A DNA stretch of 39,821 nucleotides, from contig JBBRLA010000001.1 in NCBI GenBank assembly GCA_038231615.1, positions 1 through 39,821 on the forward strand, written 5' to 3'. Shown piece by piece: positions 26,500 through 34,778 of the stretch. Below the pieces are notes generated by a model that was given only the letters and a program-made list of their open reading frames with translations, was not told the DNA's origin and made no database searches. This DNA is from Polyangia bacterium. GTDB taxonomy: Bacteria > Myxococcota_A > Polyangia > Palsa-1104 > JAEUJZ01. How positions within the stretch are numbered: position 1 is the stretch's first letter; each line of letters begins with the position of its first letter. A program made the position numbers and the translations under genes.

Positions 26500-27492
26500 T
26501 CAGCAGATGCGCTCGCGGCCCGAGCAGGGGTCGGACTCGATCTGCAGGGTCGAGTGGGTGATGCGGTAGTTTCGGGCCAGTACGTCCTTCACCTGGTTGA
26601 GGAGCGCGTCGTTACCGCTGGTGTTGTCGTGTTCGACCACCAGATGGGCGGATAGGGCGTGCATCCCGCTGGCGATGGACCAGACGTGCAGGTCGTGGAT
26701 GTGGGTGATCCCCGGCACCGAGAGCAGCCCCGCGGAGATCTGGTCCAGGTCCAGGCTGATCGGCACCGATTCCAGCAGTACCTCCACCGCGTCGCGGGCC
26801 AGGCGGTAGGCGCTGTAGTAGACGAAGAAGCCGATGCCGATGGACAGGAGCGGGTCCAGGATGGTCAGGCCATGGCGGAAGGCCATCACCACCCCGACCG
26901 CCAGCACCGCCACCGAGGAAAGCCCGTCCAGCACCACGTGCAGGTAGGCCCCCTTGACGTTCATGCTCTCGCCGCCGTGCAAAAGCCAGGCGCACAGGAT
27001 GTTGGCCAGAAGGCCGATGGTCGCGACGATCAACATCGTCCCGGTCTGCACCTCCGGCGGCGACGAGAGACGATGGGCCGCGCTCCAGATGACCCCGCTG
27101 GCCATGGTGAAGAGCAGCGCCCCCTGCAAGAGCGCCATCAGGATCTCGATGCGATGGTAGCCGAAGGTCTTGCGCTCGTTGGCGGGTCGCTCGGACCAGG
27201 AGATCGCCACCAGCGCCAGCACCTCGCCGAGCACATCGGAGACCATGTGGCCGGCGTCGGACAAGAGGGCCAGGGAGTGGGACAGGTAGCCGCCCACCAC
27301 CTCGGCCACGCAGATGATGAGGGTGATGACGAGCGCCAGCCACAGGCGGCGCCGGTCGCTGTTTCGCGAGGCCAGGTGCTCGCGGGCATGGTCGTGTCCC
27401 GGCCCCTTGGCCCCCTGATCGGAGCCGGGCCCGTGATTGTGATGCCCGGGTCCGTGCTCGTGATGCCCGTGGCGATGATCGTGTCCTGCCAT
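26500..27492 (-). CDS. Cation diffusion facilitator (CDF) family divalent-metal efflux transporter with His-rich N-terminus
   Basis: MAGHDHRHGHHEHGPGHHNHG..., then LALVITLIICVAEVVGGYLSHSLALLSDAGHMVSDV (CDF signature region), six hydrophobic segments and a C-terminal cytoplasmic domain. Start ATG at 27492. Confidence 0.9.
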   Translation of the reverse strand: MAGHDHRHGHHEHGPGHHNHGPGSDQGAKGPGHDHAREHLASRNSDRRRLWLALVITLIICVAEVVGGYLSHSLALLSDAGHMVSDVLGEVLALVAISWSERPANERKTFGYHRIEILMALLQGALLFTMASGVIWSAAHRLSSPPEVQTGTMLIVATIGLLANILCAWLLHGGESMNVKGAYLHVVLDGLSSVAVLAVGVVMAFRHGLTILDPLLSIGIGFFVYYSAYRLARDAVEVLLESVPISLDLDQISAGLLSVPGITHIHDLHVWSIASGMHALSAHLVVEHDNTSGNDALLNQVKDVLARNYRITHSTLQIESDPCSGRERIC

Positions 27493-27602
27493 GCCTGGTA
27501 CACCGTAGCGCCAGTAAGTGAGGGGGTCAAGGACGAGGCCGCGCGGGCCCACGCGGCGTGGGGTGTGGGGGGGTGCAGTTCCCTGCGCTCGGAGTGAGTT
27601 GG

Positions 27603-28578
27603 TCAGGCGGCGGCCAGGATGTCCTTGGTTCTGCGCTCCCAGCGATCGTTAAACATATCAGCCCGCAGGACCGCCATGCCGGCGGAACCCGGCGGGGACC
27701 AGCGCATCCCCTGCAATTTCACGCGGGAGCCTGTGACGTGGTAGTTGGCGCTCTCGATGGCGCCTGAGCCCACTCGCAGCCCCTGCGCTCGATAAGTGGG
27801 ATAGTCCATCCGGTCCAGGTTGTTGCCCAGGTAGGTGTGCAGCGCCTCGACCAATTCCTTGGTTTCCTTCCCTCGGGGAAGGAGAGCCTTGAGCACCTCC
27901 ATCACCTTGTCCGCCTTGCCGGCTTCGACCTGCTCACATTGGACCTTGGCCCACTGTTTGGCCAAGTCGCTGTCCTGCCCATAGAGGCTGTGGGCCACCT
28001 CCCAAATGCGCTTCTTGACGTGAAACAGGTCCAGGATCAGCATCACCCCCATTGGGAGCCAGGTGCACAACGACCGAATCCAACCTCAGTATCTCGACCC
28101 ACAACCGCAACGCAAACCCCTGCCAGTCCCCCTGATGCGAGACATACCTTTTGTGTAGCAGGCAACCCCGCTGGGGGCTCTCCTTGGCGCAGTCCTTGCC
28201 GTCGTAGAGCACCGCGTTTTTGATCTCGCGACCCACGATGTTGTACCGCTGCCCCTTGCCGCCCCGCGCCCCGTCCTTGTTGGCCTGTTGGAGCGTCTGT
28301 CTTTCCTGTTCCGACAGGGCCTGTTGGGCTATCGGCTCTCGCGTCATGGCGATCACTCCATCCATCTCCAGGTAGGCGACCTGGGGCGCCTCCTTGGGCG
28401 GCGGACACGGCCGTTGCTGGATGGCCACTGGCAACCCAGCTTCATCCAGGGGCGCACAATGCCGGGCCTGGTCCGTATCCAGGGCTTGCGCCCCCTGGGC
28501 CCGTCGGCTCACCATGTCCTCGATCGCCTTGACGCTGACCCCAAGGCCGCACATCTTGTCCAGCAGCTTGGCCGCCAT
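27603..28578 (-). pseudogene. ISKra4-like DDE transposase, disrupted by frameshift(s)
   Basis: The N-terminal part (MAAKLLDKMCGLGVSVKAIEDMV...AYLEMDGV...RYVSHQGDW) lies in one frame (ORF 27934..28863). The C-terminal part (ILDLFHVKKRIWEVA...RVGSGAIESANYHVTGSRVKLQGMRW) lies in another frame (ORF 27603..28070). The frames switch near 28040-28090. Confidence 0.7.
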
Positions 28579-28626
28579 CGCTGAGCCCCGTATACCGCGC
28601 GCTCTCGGAGAAAGAGATGGCGCTAG

Positions 28627-28884
28627 GGATACAGCGACCTGCTGCTGGCGCTGGATGGGCGCTTCCCGGACGCCCGGTACGCCTTCCTGTTGGAGCTGAA
28701 ACACGTCAAGACCGGCGCCACGGGGGAGCAGATCGAGGCGGCCCGCGCCGAAGCCGAGGCTCAACTCGGGCGCTATCTGGGGGACCAGGGGCTCTTGCCA
28801 GCGCTGCTGGGCAACCGCGAGATCAAGGCCGCCGTGGTGGTCTTCATCGGGGCCAAGGAGCACCGGATATGGATCGTACGCTGA
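28627..28884 (+). pseudogene. 3' fragment of a PD-(D/E)XK-type nuclease-domain gene, lacking its N-terminal portion
   Basis: The frame opens after a stop at 28624-28626 and reads GYSDLLLALDGRFPDARYAFLLELKHVKTGATGEQIEAARAEAEAQLGRYL...VVVFIGAKEHRIWIV. The D...ELK core and its context resemble the C-terminus of the 34779 gene family. It abuts the transposase remnant. Confidence 0.55.
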
Positions 28885-29280
28885 CCCGGCCCCGGTTGGC
28901 CTCTCTCAGCCGCCACCTCCGATCAGCCAGGGGTCGTCCGGCCCTCATGAGCCTGAACCCTTGTGTTGATTACCTGGGCTGTTCAGCTCGCTACGAGGCC
29001 CTCTCATCGCTCATGAGCAGCGTCGTAGGCTCCTGAGGATTCGCCTGGCTGGGGGTGGATAGAGGTGCTGGCGCTGCACTCTGGACAACCGAGCCCTGCA
29101 AGTGCGTTTTTCTCGTCGGAGTCTCTCAAAAGGTGTCGATTAATTGGCGCCGTGAAAACGCTTGCATTGAAATCATTGAGGAATTTTCCGAGAAACGCCC
29201 CCATTGAGGCAATTAATCTACACCTCTTCAGCAGATATCTGCCGATCAGAGGTTCAGGCTACGAATTGAAGGAATTGCCA

Positions 29281-29308
29281 TTGACAAGGTCTACAGACCG
29301 GATAGCTT
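29281..29308 (+). promoter_or_regulatory. Candidate sigma70-type promoter (TTGACA-N16-TAGCTT)
   Basis: Read in a locally GC-poor stretch about 210 bp upstream of the 29517 gene. The spacer contains the small palindrome ggtct-ac-agacc. Motif-level evidence only. Confidence 0.25.
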
Positions 29309-29458
29309 GTTGCCGAGAAGGTAGCCCGACGCAAAAACATCGGGCCCGACACACACTTCGCGAAAATATGGGAAGACTTGCTCATGATGACTCTCACCAA
29401 AATTGATTCCATTGGCCGGATTGCCTTGCCCCCGTGCTCGACGCCTCTCGCCGGGTGT

Positions 29459-29481
29459 CATCCTGGAATGATTCCAGGATG
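29459..29481. promoter_or_regulatory. Perfect 23-bp palindrome (11-bp arms) upstream of the 29517 gene
   Basis: catcctggaat-g-attccaggatg lies 36 bp upstream of the TTG start at 29517. It could be an operator or an RNA hairpin. Confidence 0.5.
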
Positions 29482-29516
29482 CGGACCCCCAAAAAAACCC
29501 TGCGAGAGAAACCCCA

Positions 29517-30587
29517 TTGAGCGCAACCCTTCCGAGCATCACCGCCCCTGAGATCGCCAAAGCCGCAGCCACGGCCCGGCCCATCACCACCCCGGTCGAG
29601 GTCGCCGCCGTCGGCGACGTCTACCCAGCAGCGGCGATGGATGCACCGTCCGCCAGAACCTCTGTCTCCGAACTGCTGGACCGCGTTCACGTCGTCAACA
29701 AGGTGAGCATGTGCCCGCCCCAGCAAACCTCGGCGGCCCCACCGGCCCCCGTGGCGGACGTGCCGGGTCGGGCGGGTCCACTTGCCCCCGGTGCCCCCGG
29801 CGGCGACCCGGGGAAGCCCGACGGGGTGCCTGACTTCAGCCCCTCCCCGACGGGAATCTCCGCTGCCTTTTTGTGGTCCTACCGGATCTACAACGGCCTG
29901 GTCCTCATGTTCCTGAACATCCCCTCGACCCTCAAGATGCTGGCCCACCCCGACAACGCCGGCAGCCTGCTGGTGCCGGCCATCGACAGCATCCTCACCT
30001 ACCCGGCCGCCATCGGCGAGGTGGACGCGCGGATCTTCAAGAAGGTGGACCTGACAAAGCTCTCCACACAGAAGCTCTTGCTCCTGCAACTGCGCGACCT
30101 GCTGAAGATCGTCAAGGTGATGGCCTACTGCCTGGAGGCCGGCATCACCCACGTCGAGCAATACCTGGACACCAACGCCCGCTTCGTCTACGCCAAGCTG
30201 CTGGATGCGCTGGGGGATGACATCCTCTTGCAGCAGGACTTGCAAGCGTTGCTGGATCTGGTAGCCACCCCGTTGGTGGCCGCACAGAACAGCCGACGGA
30301 CCAACGCCAAGGGAAAGAGCGCCCCCGGCGATCAGGGCGGCCCCGGCGGGACCGCGCAAGGGCCGGGCACGGGCGGGACCTCGCACGGGCGGGCACCGGT
30401 GGAACGCCGCCGGGGACTTCAGGGACGGGGGCAGGAGGGCCGCAGCCCTTGCCCGTCACCCTCCAGGGGCCCGGCGGCCAGCCGGTCTACCAGCCCACTC
30501 CGCCGCCGGTACACCACAAGCCCGCGCCGGTACACCACAAGCCCGCGCCGAAGCAGCAAAACGCTCGCAAGGCCAACCGGCCCCTGA
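29517..30587 (+). CDS. Hypothetical protein (gene A), no family recognised; the 3' end is probably frameshifted, with the natural end likely at 30604
   Basis: GC3 is high from the TTG start. The protein has a Pro/Ala-rich N-terminus and a helical core (FLWSYRIYNGLVLMFLNIPSTLKMLAHPDN...LLLLQLRDLLKIVKVMAYCLEAGITHVEQYL...). After about 30390 the annotated frame turns Arg/Ser-rich, while the +2 frame reads a plausible tail ending KRLK-stop at 30602-30604. Confidence 0.55.
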   Translation: MSATLPSITAPEIAKAAATARPITTPVEVAAVGDVYPAAAMDAPSARTSVSELLDRVHVVNKVSMCPPQQTSAAPPAPVADVPGRAGPLAPGAPGGDPGKPDGVPDFSPSPTGISAAFLWSYRIYNGLVLMFLNIPSTLKMLAHPDNAGSLLVPAIDSILTYPAAIGEVDARIFKKVDLTKLSTQKLLLLQLRDLLKIVKVMAYCLEAGITHVEQYLDTNARFVYAKLLDALGDDILLQQDLQALLDLVATPLVAAQNSRRTNAKGKSAPGDQGGPGGTAQGPGTGGTSHGRAPVERRRGLQGRGQEGRSPCPSPSRGPAASRSTSPLRRRYTTSPRRYTTSPRRSSKTLARPTGP

Positions 30588-30624
30588 GCAAGCGCCTCAA
30601 ATAGCCCCCTCCTTTTCAAGCACC

Positions 30625-31917
30625 ATGGACCTCAACGCCCAGACCCCTTCGTCGGCGCCCCCGCCCCCGGAAAAGGACCCCCGGTACCTGTGGCGGGCGT
30701 GCCTCGCCTTCATGGCCTTCGCCGCCGAGGGGGAGAAAATCCCCCTGGCCATCGCCAAGGTGGAGAACCTCAACCGCCAGCTCGGCCAGCGGCTGGAGGG
30801 GCTGCTCAAGGCCCGGGAGGAATGCCGCCAGGAGACGAATTCGATCTTCGAGCTGCGCTACCAGGTCGCCTGCATCGCGGTGTACCTGGAGGCCATCGGC
30901 AGGGTCCGTTCCGCAGAGGCGTTTTTGACCAAGAACTGGGCCGGCAAGCCGGTGGGGTCGGGGCAGATGGCCAAGTACCTGGACATCGCCCGCAGGATTC
31001 CTGAGATGGAGGCGTTGTCGGGCGGGACCAGTCTCAACTCGATGCACCTCATCTGCCAGGTGGACAACGGCAGCGCCTTCGAGCTTTTGCTCTCGCGCAT
31101 CCTGATGAAGACCAGCCCCGAAGTGCTGATGCGGGCGGCGGGGGTGGCGGCGGCGGCCCAGACGCTGCGGCAGCCCGAGGCCGCGGTACTGAAGCTGACT
31201 CGGGACGCGCTGGCGGCCGGGACGCGGCGCAACAAGCACCCGGACCAGATGAACGCGCTGGAGTTGGAGGCGGCGGAGGGCAAGCAGTTGACCGATCTGC
31301 TGGTGCTGCTGAGGGCCCGAATGTCCCGGGGACTGATGACCCAGGACCATGAGGAGTGCCTGCGGGCGATTCAGGAGCTGCTTTTGCACAGTCCCGGCGA
31401 TGCGCCGGAGGAGCCGAAGGAGCCGCGGAGAGCAAAGGGAACGGCAGGGCCGCGGGAGACGAAGAATCGAAGGAAGCCCGGTCGTAGCGGGAAGACCGTG
31501 GCTGAGGATGCGGACGGCGATGATGATGACGACGGGGATGATGACGATGACGGCGGGGACGATGACGACGGCGGTGATAACGACGGCGGCGATGACGGCG
31601 GCGGCGATGACGGCGGCGGCGATGACGACGGTGGCGATGACGACGGCGGCGATGACGACGGCGATGACGAGGACGATTATGAGGACGATACGATTGGGTT
31701 CCCTCCCCCGTCCGATTTCCCACTGCGGTCCCAGAACCTAAGTTCCGACGATTCCACGGCCGAGGTCACGCAGCAGGACCACACCTCAAGTTCCGCCAGT
31801 CCCGCGACCGAAGCCGCCCCGCTTGACCAGAACTTAAGGGCTCGTTTGAAAATTACCTCAGTATTCTCGGCCGCTGTCGAGTCCACCTGGACACCGCGCT
31901 CTATCGAACAGGGGTGA
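30625..31917 (+). CDS. Hypothetical protein (gene B): helical N-terminal ~260 aa, basic stretch, ~60-residue Asp/Gly tract, Ser/Thr-rich tail
   Basis: ATG at 30625, 21 nt after the likely end of gene A. High GC3. The acidic tract is DADGDDDDDGDDDDDGGDDDDGGDNDGGDDGGGDDGGGDDDGGDDDGGDDDGDDEDDYEDD. The stop overlaps the next start (GTGA at 31914-31917). No family recognised. Confidence 0.6.
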   Translation: MDLNAQTPSSAPPPPEKDPRYLWRACLAFMAFAAEGEKIPLAIAKVENLNRQLGQRLEGLLKAREECRQETNSIFELRYQVACIAVYLEAIGRVRSAEAFLTKNWAGKPVGSGQMAKYLDIARRIPEMEALSGGTSLNSMHLICQVDNGSAFELLLSRILMKTSPEVLMRAAGVAAAAQTLRQPEAAVLKLTRDALAAGTRRNKHPDQMNALELEAAEGKQLTDLLVLLRARMSRGLMTQDHEECLRAIQELLLHSPGDAPEEPKEPRRAKGTAGPRETKNRRKPGRSGKTVAEDADGDDDDDGDDDDDGGDDDDGGDNDGGDDGGGDDGGGDDDGGDDDGGDDDGDDEDDYEDDTIGFPPPSDFPLRSQNLSSDDSTAEVTQQDHTSSSASPATEAAPLDQNLRARLKITSVFSAAVESTWTPRSIEQG

Positions 31918-32770
31918 AGGTGACCGACGAGCAGTTTGGCCGACTGCGACTGAAGCCGCAGAGGATCTTTCCGCAATGGCCGCAAAGGATGTTTCTGCAG
32001 TGGAACTACACCGGACATCTACCCGCGGACTGTTCTCGACGAAGACCGAACACGGTGATCATCGGTGGACCGGGCATGGGCAAGAGCGCAATCTTGTCCC
32101 ACTGGCTTGGCCACCGAGAGCGCCAGGGTGACCGAATCCCCTATCACTTCCTCCGCCGCGGGATTGCTGATTGGGACCAGCCCGTAGCCGTGGTCCGGAA
32201 CATAGCGGCACGCATCGAGGAAATCTACCCGGACCATGCCCATCCCGAGCCGGACCCGCAACGGCGGCTGTGGAATTTGTTGGACAGGGTATCGAAGTAC
32301 GTGCTCATGCCCACTGGAAGGAGGATGGATTAATGCCATTGCTTTCACACCCGACGGACGGCGGGCAATCTCTGGATCGTGGGACAACACGCTCAAGCTT
32401 TGGGATCTAGCGACCAGAACTTGTCTAGCCACCCTTCACGGGGGCAGTTCCTTCCTGTGCGTCACTCTCCATGAGAACTTGGTCTATGCTGGCGACACCG
32501 CAGGCAACCTGTGGATGCTAGAGTTCTCTCAGGTTGAGCCGCCTGAGAATGTGGCACCGCGGCGCATGCAACTCTTTCTAGGCCATGCACCGGAGGACGA
32601 GGTCTATTTGAAAGAATTGGAGGCCCACTTGGCCTTGCTGATAGAGGAGGGGCTGCTAGAGATCTGGAGCGAATGTGCGCTTCTTGCAGGATCAGACCGG
32701 GATTCGGTGACCGCGCAACGCCTGAGTTCGGCGGACATTGTGGTCCTTCTTGTCAGTTCGAACTTCCTGC
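31914..32770 (+). pseudogene. Remnant of a STAND (NACHT-like) P-loop NTPase - WD40 - TIR gene: internal deletion/frameshift and truncated TIR
   Basis: ORF 31914..32333 carries Walker A (VIIGGPGMGKSAILSHWL) and ends LMPTGRRMD-stop. From about 32323 another frame reads GWINAIAFTPDGRRAISGSWDNTLKLWDL (WD40), then MQLFLGHAPEDEVYLKELEAHLALLIEEGLLEIWSECALLAGSDRDSVTAQRLSSADIVVLLVSSNFL (TIR-like) from 32566. This breaks off near 32770. GC is lower than in the surroundings. Confidence 0.65.
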
Positions 32771-32787
32771 CTTTCTCTCTACCGGTT

Positions 32788-33669
32788 TTACGGCGCACTC
32801 CTCGCGCAGCGGAACCCGATGCCGTCGAGCGAGTCACCCACCGGGTCGTTGCGACGGCCGGCGGCCCCGAAGAGCGAGGGAGTATTGAAGCTCCACGGGC
32901 CGCCCCGAAGGGAGCATGTTGTCGTACATATAGTTTCTAATGCTACGTATGTGCTTTTGTATTCAGTATCCAGCCATTGGTACATGTTTCCCGCCAAATC
33001 GGCCGCTCCGCTACAGTTTCGCACCCCGTGTAGGGTCTTGTCAAATAAGCCTACAGGGCAACTCCCCTTGTCGATCACGCCCATGTCTCCGGTGGCCGAT
33101 TGGTAGCGGCTCCAGCACAATTGCGCCCCGCCCCCAGTCATCGGCTCCTCGTTGCTGCCCCAGGGATAGTCATGCGCCCCCGTCTCCACCCCATAAGCGG
33201 CATAGGCCCATTCCGCCTCCGTCGGCAGCCTGCGCTTCGCCCAGGCGCAGAACGCCTTGGCCTGCGCGAAGTTCACGCAGTTCACCGGGTCGTCGTCCCG
33301 CCCCGACACCCCATAGTTGCAATCTGGTCCCGTCCCCGGCAGGTTCGGGCACCCGCCCGCGATGTTGCAGTCCCGGAAGGCGTGGACCGTCACATCGAAC
33401 ACGTCCAGGTAGAAGTCCTTCACCGTTGTTTGGACCATGCCAATCTGCCCCTGCCCTTTGGTGACCAGAATCTCCGGCCGATCCATCCCACCCCCTCCTC
33501 CCACCGGGTAGCTCGGGCACGGCCGCATGTCGGGGGGCACCACCGACAGGTCCGGTGGGGCCCGCAAGTCCCCCGAGGTCCCCATCTCCGGCGGGGACCG
33601 ATAGTGGTCATTGTTCACCAGGCAGCCAGAGCCCCCCACAAATGCCAAGGCCAGCATCCCGATGCGCAT
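32788..33669 (-). CDS. Formylglycine-generating-enzyme (FGE/SUMF1)-like domain lipoprotein
   Basis: Start ATG at 33669 gives MRIGMLALAFVGGSGC (lipobox). RLPTEAEWAYAA, DLAGNMYQWL, RGGPW and GFRCARS are typical FGE-sulfatase domain motifs. Confidence 0.75.
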   Translation of the reverse strand: MRIGMLALAFVGGSGCLVNNDHYRSPPEMGTSGDLRAPPDLSVVPPDMRPCPSYPVGGGGGMDRPEILVTKGQGQIGMVQTTVKDFYLDVFDVTVHAFRDCNIAGGCPNLPGTGPDCNYGVSGRDDDPVNCVNFAQAKAFCAWAKRRLPTEAEWAYAAYGVETGAHDYPWGSNEEPMTGGGAQLCWSRYQSATGDMGVIDKGSCPVGLFDKTLHGVRNCSGAADLAGNMYQWLDTEYKSTYVALETICTTTCSLRGGPWSFNTPSLFGAAGRRNDPVGDSLDGIGFRCARSAP

Positions 33670-33905
33670 AGCGCAGCCTACCGCTTCCGTCCGGCCCCGA
33701 CAAGACCACCCGCCCTTGCCGCTGCGGCCTGCGCCCGCATGCCTATCCTCATTGTCGCTATGGGACCGTACCCGAACAAATCCGCGGCAAAAACTTGCCT
33801 CCACACCCAAGATGCGCTTGTCTCTGCCCCATGTCACCTCCCTTCCGTTTTGCGCTTTGCGGTCTCCCATGATAAAAATATCCCTGAGGAAGAGAGGATT
33901 GGATC

Positions 33906-34139
33906 ATGACTGCCGCCATGGCCGAATTCCAGCAGTACACCGAAAGCGTCCGTGACGAGGGGCGGCTTTCGGCCGTGCGTACTTTGCTGCTGAACCTCTA
34001 CCGAAGGCGATTCGGCGCCGTTCCTGACTCCGTCGAGCAATCCATTCTCGCCATCACCGACGAGGACCGACTTCAAGATCTGGCGCTGCTCTTCGCCACT
34101 GCCTCCCCTGCCGACATCACCGCTGCCCTGTCCCTGTAA
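33906..34139 (+). CDS. Small stand-alone DUF4351-like protein (resembles the C-terminal domain of Rpn/PD-(D/E)XK transposase-like proteins)
   Basis: EGRLSAVRTLLLNLYRRRFGAVPDSVEQSILAITDEDRLQDLALLFATASPADITAAL matches the usual DUF4351 pattern (..l.rqL.rRFG.lp......i..Ls.e.Le.L...ll...s...l..wL). It may be a gene remnant. Confidence 0.5.
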   Translation: MTAAMAEFQQYTESVRDEGRLSAVRTLLLNLYRRRFGAVPDSVEQSILAITDEDRLQDLALLFATASPADITAALSL

Positions 34140-34160
34140 CCGACGCTCCGTCACTACAGG

Positions 34161-34318
34161 TCAATCGCGTCTGACTCCCGGATCACCCTCCCCATAGGCC
34201 AGCCAACAAGCGCGAAGACCCAGGGCGTTCGCCAGCCTCTCGATCGTGTCGGCTGCTGGGATCTGCCGGCCTTTCTCAATGGCGTTGATGGTCGATGCCG
34301 CCACCCCTGGCCCCCGAG
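34161..34318 (-). pseudogene. C-terminal stub of an XRE-family helix-turn-helix gene (no start codon or N-terminal helices)
   Basis: My translation of the minus strand gives ...GVAASTINAIEKGRQIPAADTIERLANALGLRACWLAYGEGDPGVRRD-stop (stop at 34161-34163). The upstream sequence in frame is not HTH-like. Confidence 0.5.
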
Positions 34319-34519
34319 GTCCAGATGGCGTCGTTCAAGCGGTGGAAGGAGAGGTACGCAGTCTACGGACTAGACGGGCTGGTGGACGGACGAATTTCGC
34401 CCAAGAGCCCGTTGTCAGAGGAGACAGCGGCTGAGTTGTGTACGCTGCGGCGAGCAGATGCGCAGATCGAGGTGGAGAAGCTGGTGGAGTATGCAGCCGC
34501 CCCGCGCGTGCTTGGGTGA
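34295..34519 (+). pseudogene. N-terminal HTH fragment of an IS481/IS3-like transposase
   Basis: MASFKRWKERYAVYGLDGLVDGRISPKSPLSEETAAELCTLRR resembles the W..RY...GL.GL.D.SRRP..SP region of IS481-type transposases. No DDE domain follows. Confidence 0.4.
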
Positions 34520-34616
34520 CGCGGTTGCGGCCGGTGCTGCTTGTAGGCAAGAGGATCTTCAACCGGACCAACTATCGCGCCTAGCCGATTTGCGGCCTAC
34601 CTACCCTGCGCCGCCT

Positions 34617-34677
34617 GGTAGGAGCACCCTGGAGGTGGTAGGAGCACCCTGGAGGGTGGTAGGAGCACCCTCGGAGG
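34617..34677. repeat. Three tandem copies of a ~20-bp unit GGTAGGAGCACCCTGGAGG
   Basis: Copies at 34617-34635, 34637-34655 and 34658-34677 (the last has a 1-nt insertion). Intergenic, 3' of the 34779 gene. Confidence 0.85.
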
Positions 34678-34778
34678 GGCAAAATGGACCTGACCCGGGC
34701 CTCGGACCTTTTGGCGAAGTGCATGGAGATGGCCACGCTGCCTCTTTCTGCTCCTGTTGCTGGGCTGATGGCGCGGGG

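Noticed and set aside
29004-29406. ORFs 29004..29204 (-) and 29065..29406 (+) in the GC-poor spacer upstream of gene A
   Set aside because: They have no motifs, poor codon bias and mutual overlap. The region is more likely regulatory or non-coding.
31049-31723. An Arg/His-rich 224-aa minus-strand ORF (RHRRRHRRRRH...)
   Set aside because: It is the antisense reading of the Asp/Gly microsatellite-like tract of gene B.
32770-32940. Apparent 150-bp antisense overlap between the TIR-containing ORF and the FGE-like gene
   Set aside because: The TIR-like sequence ends near 32770. The remainder of ORF 32236..32940 is read-through with no domain character, so the overlap is an ORF-calling artefact.
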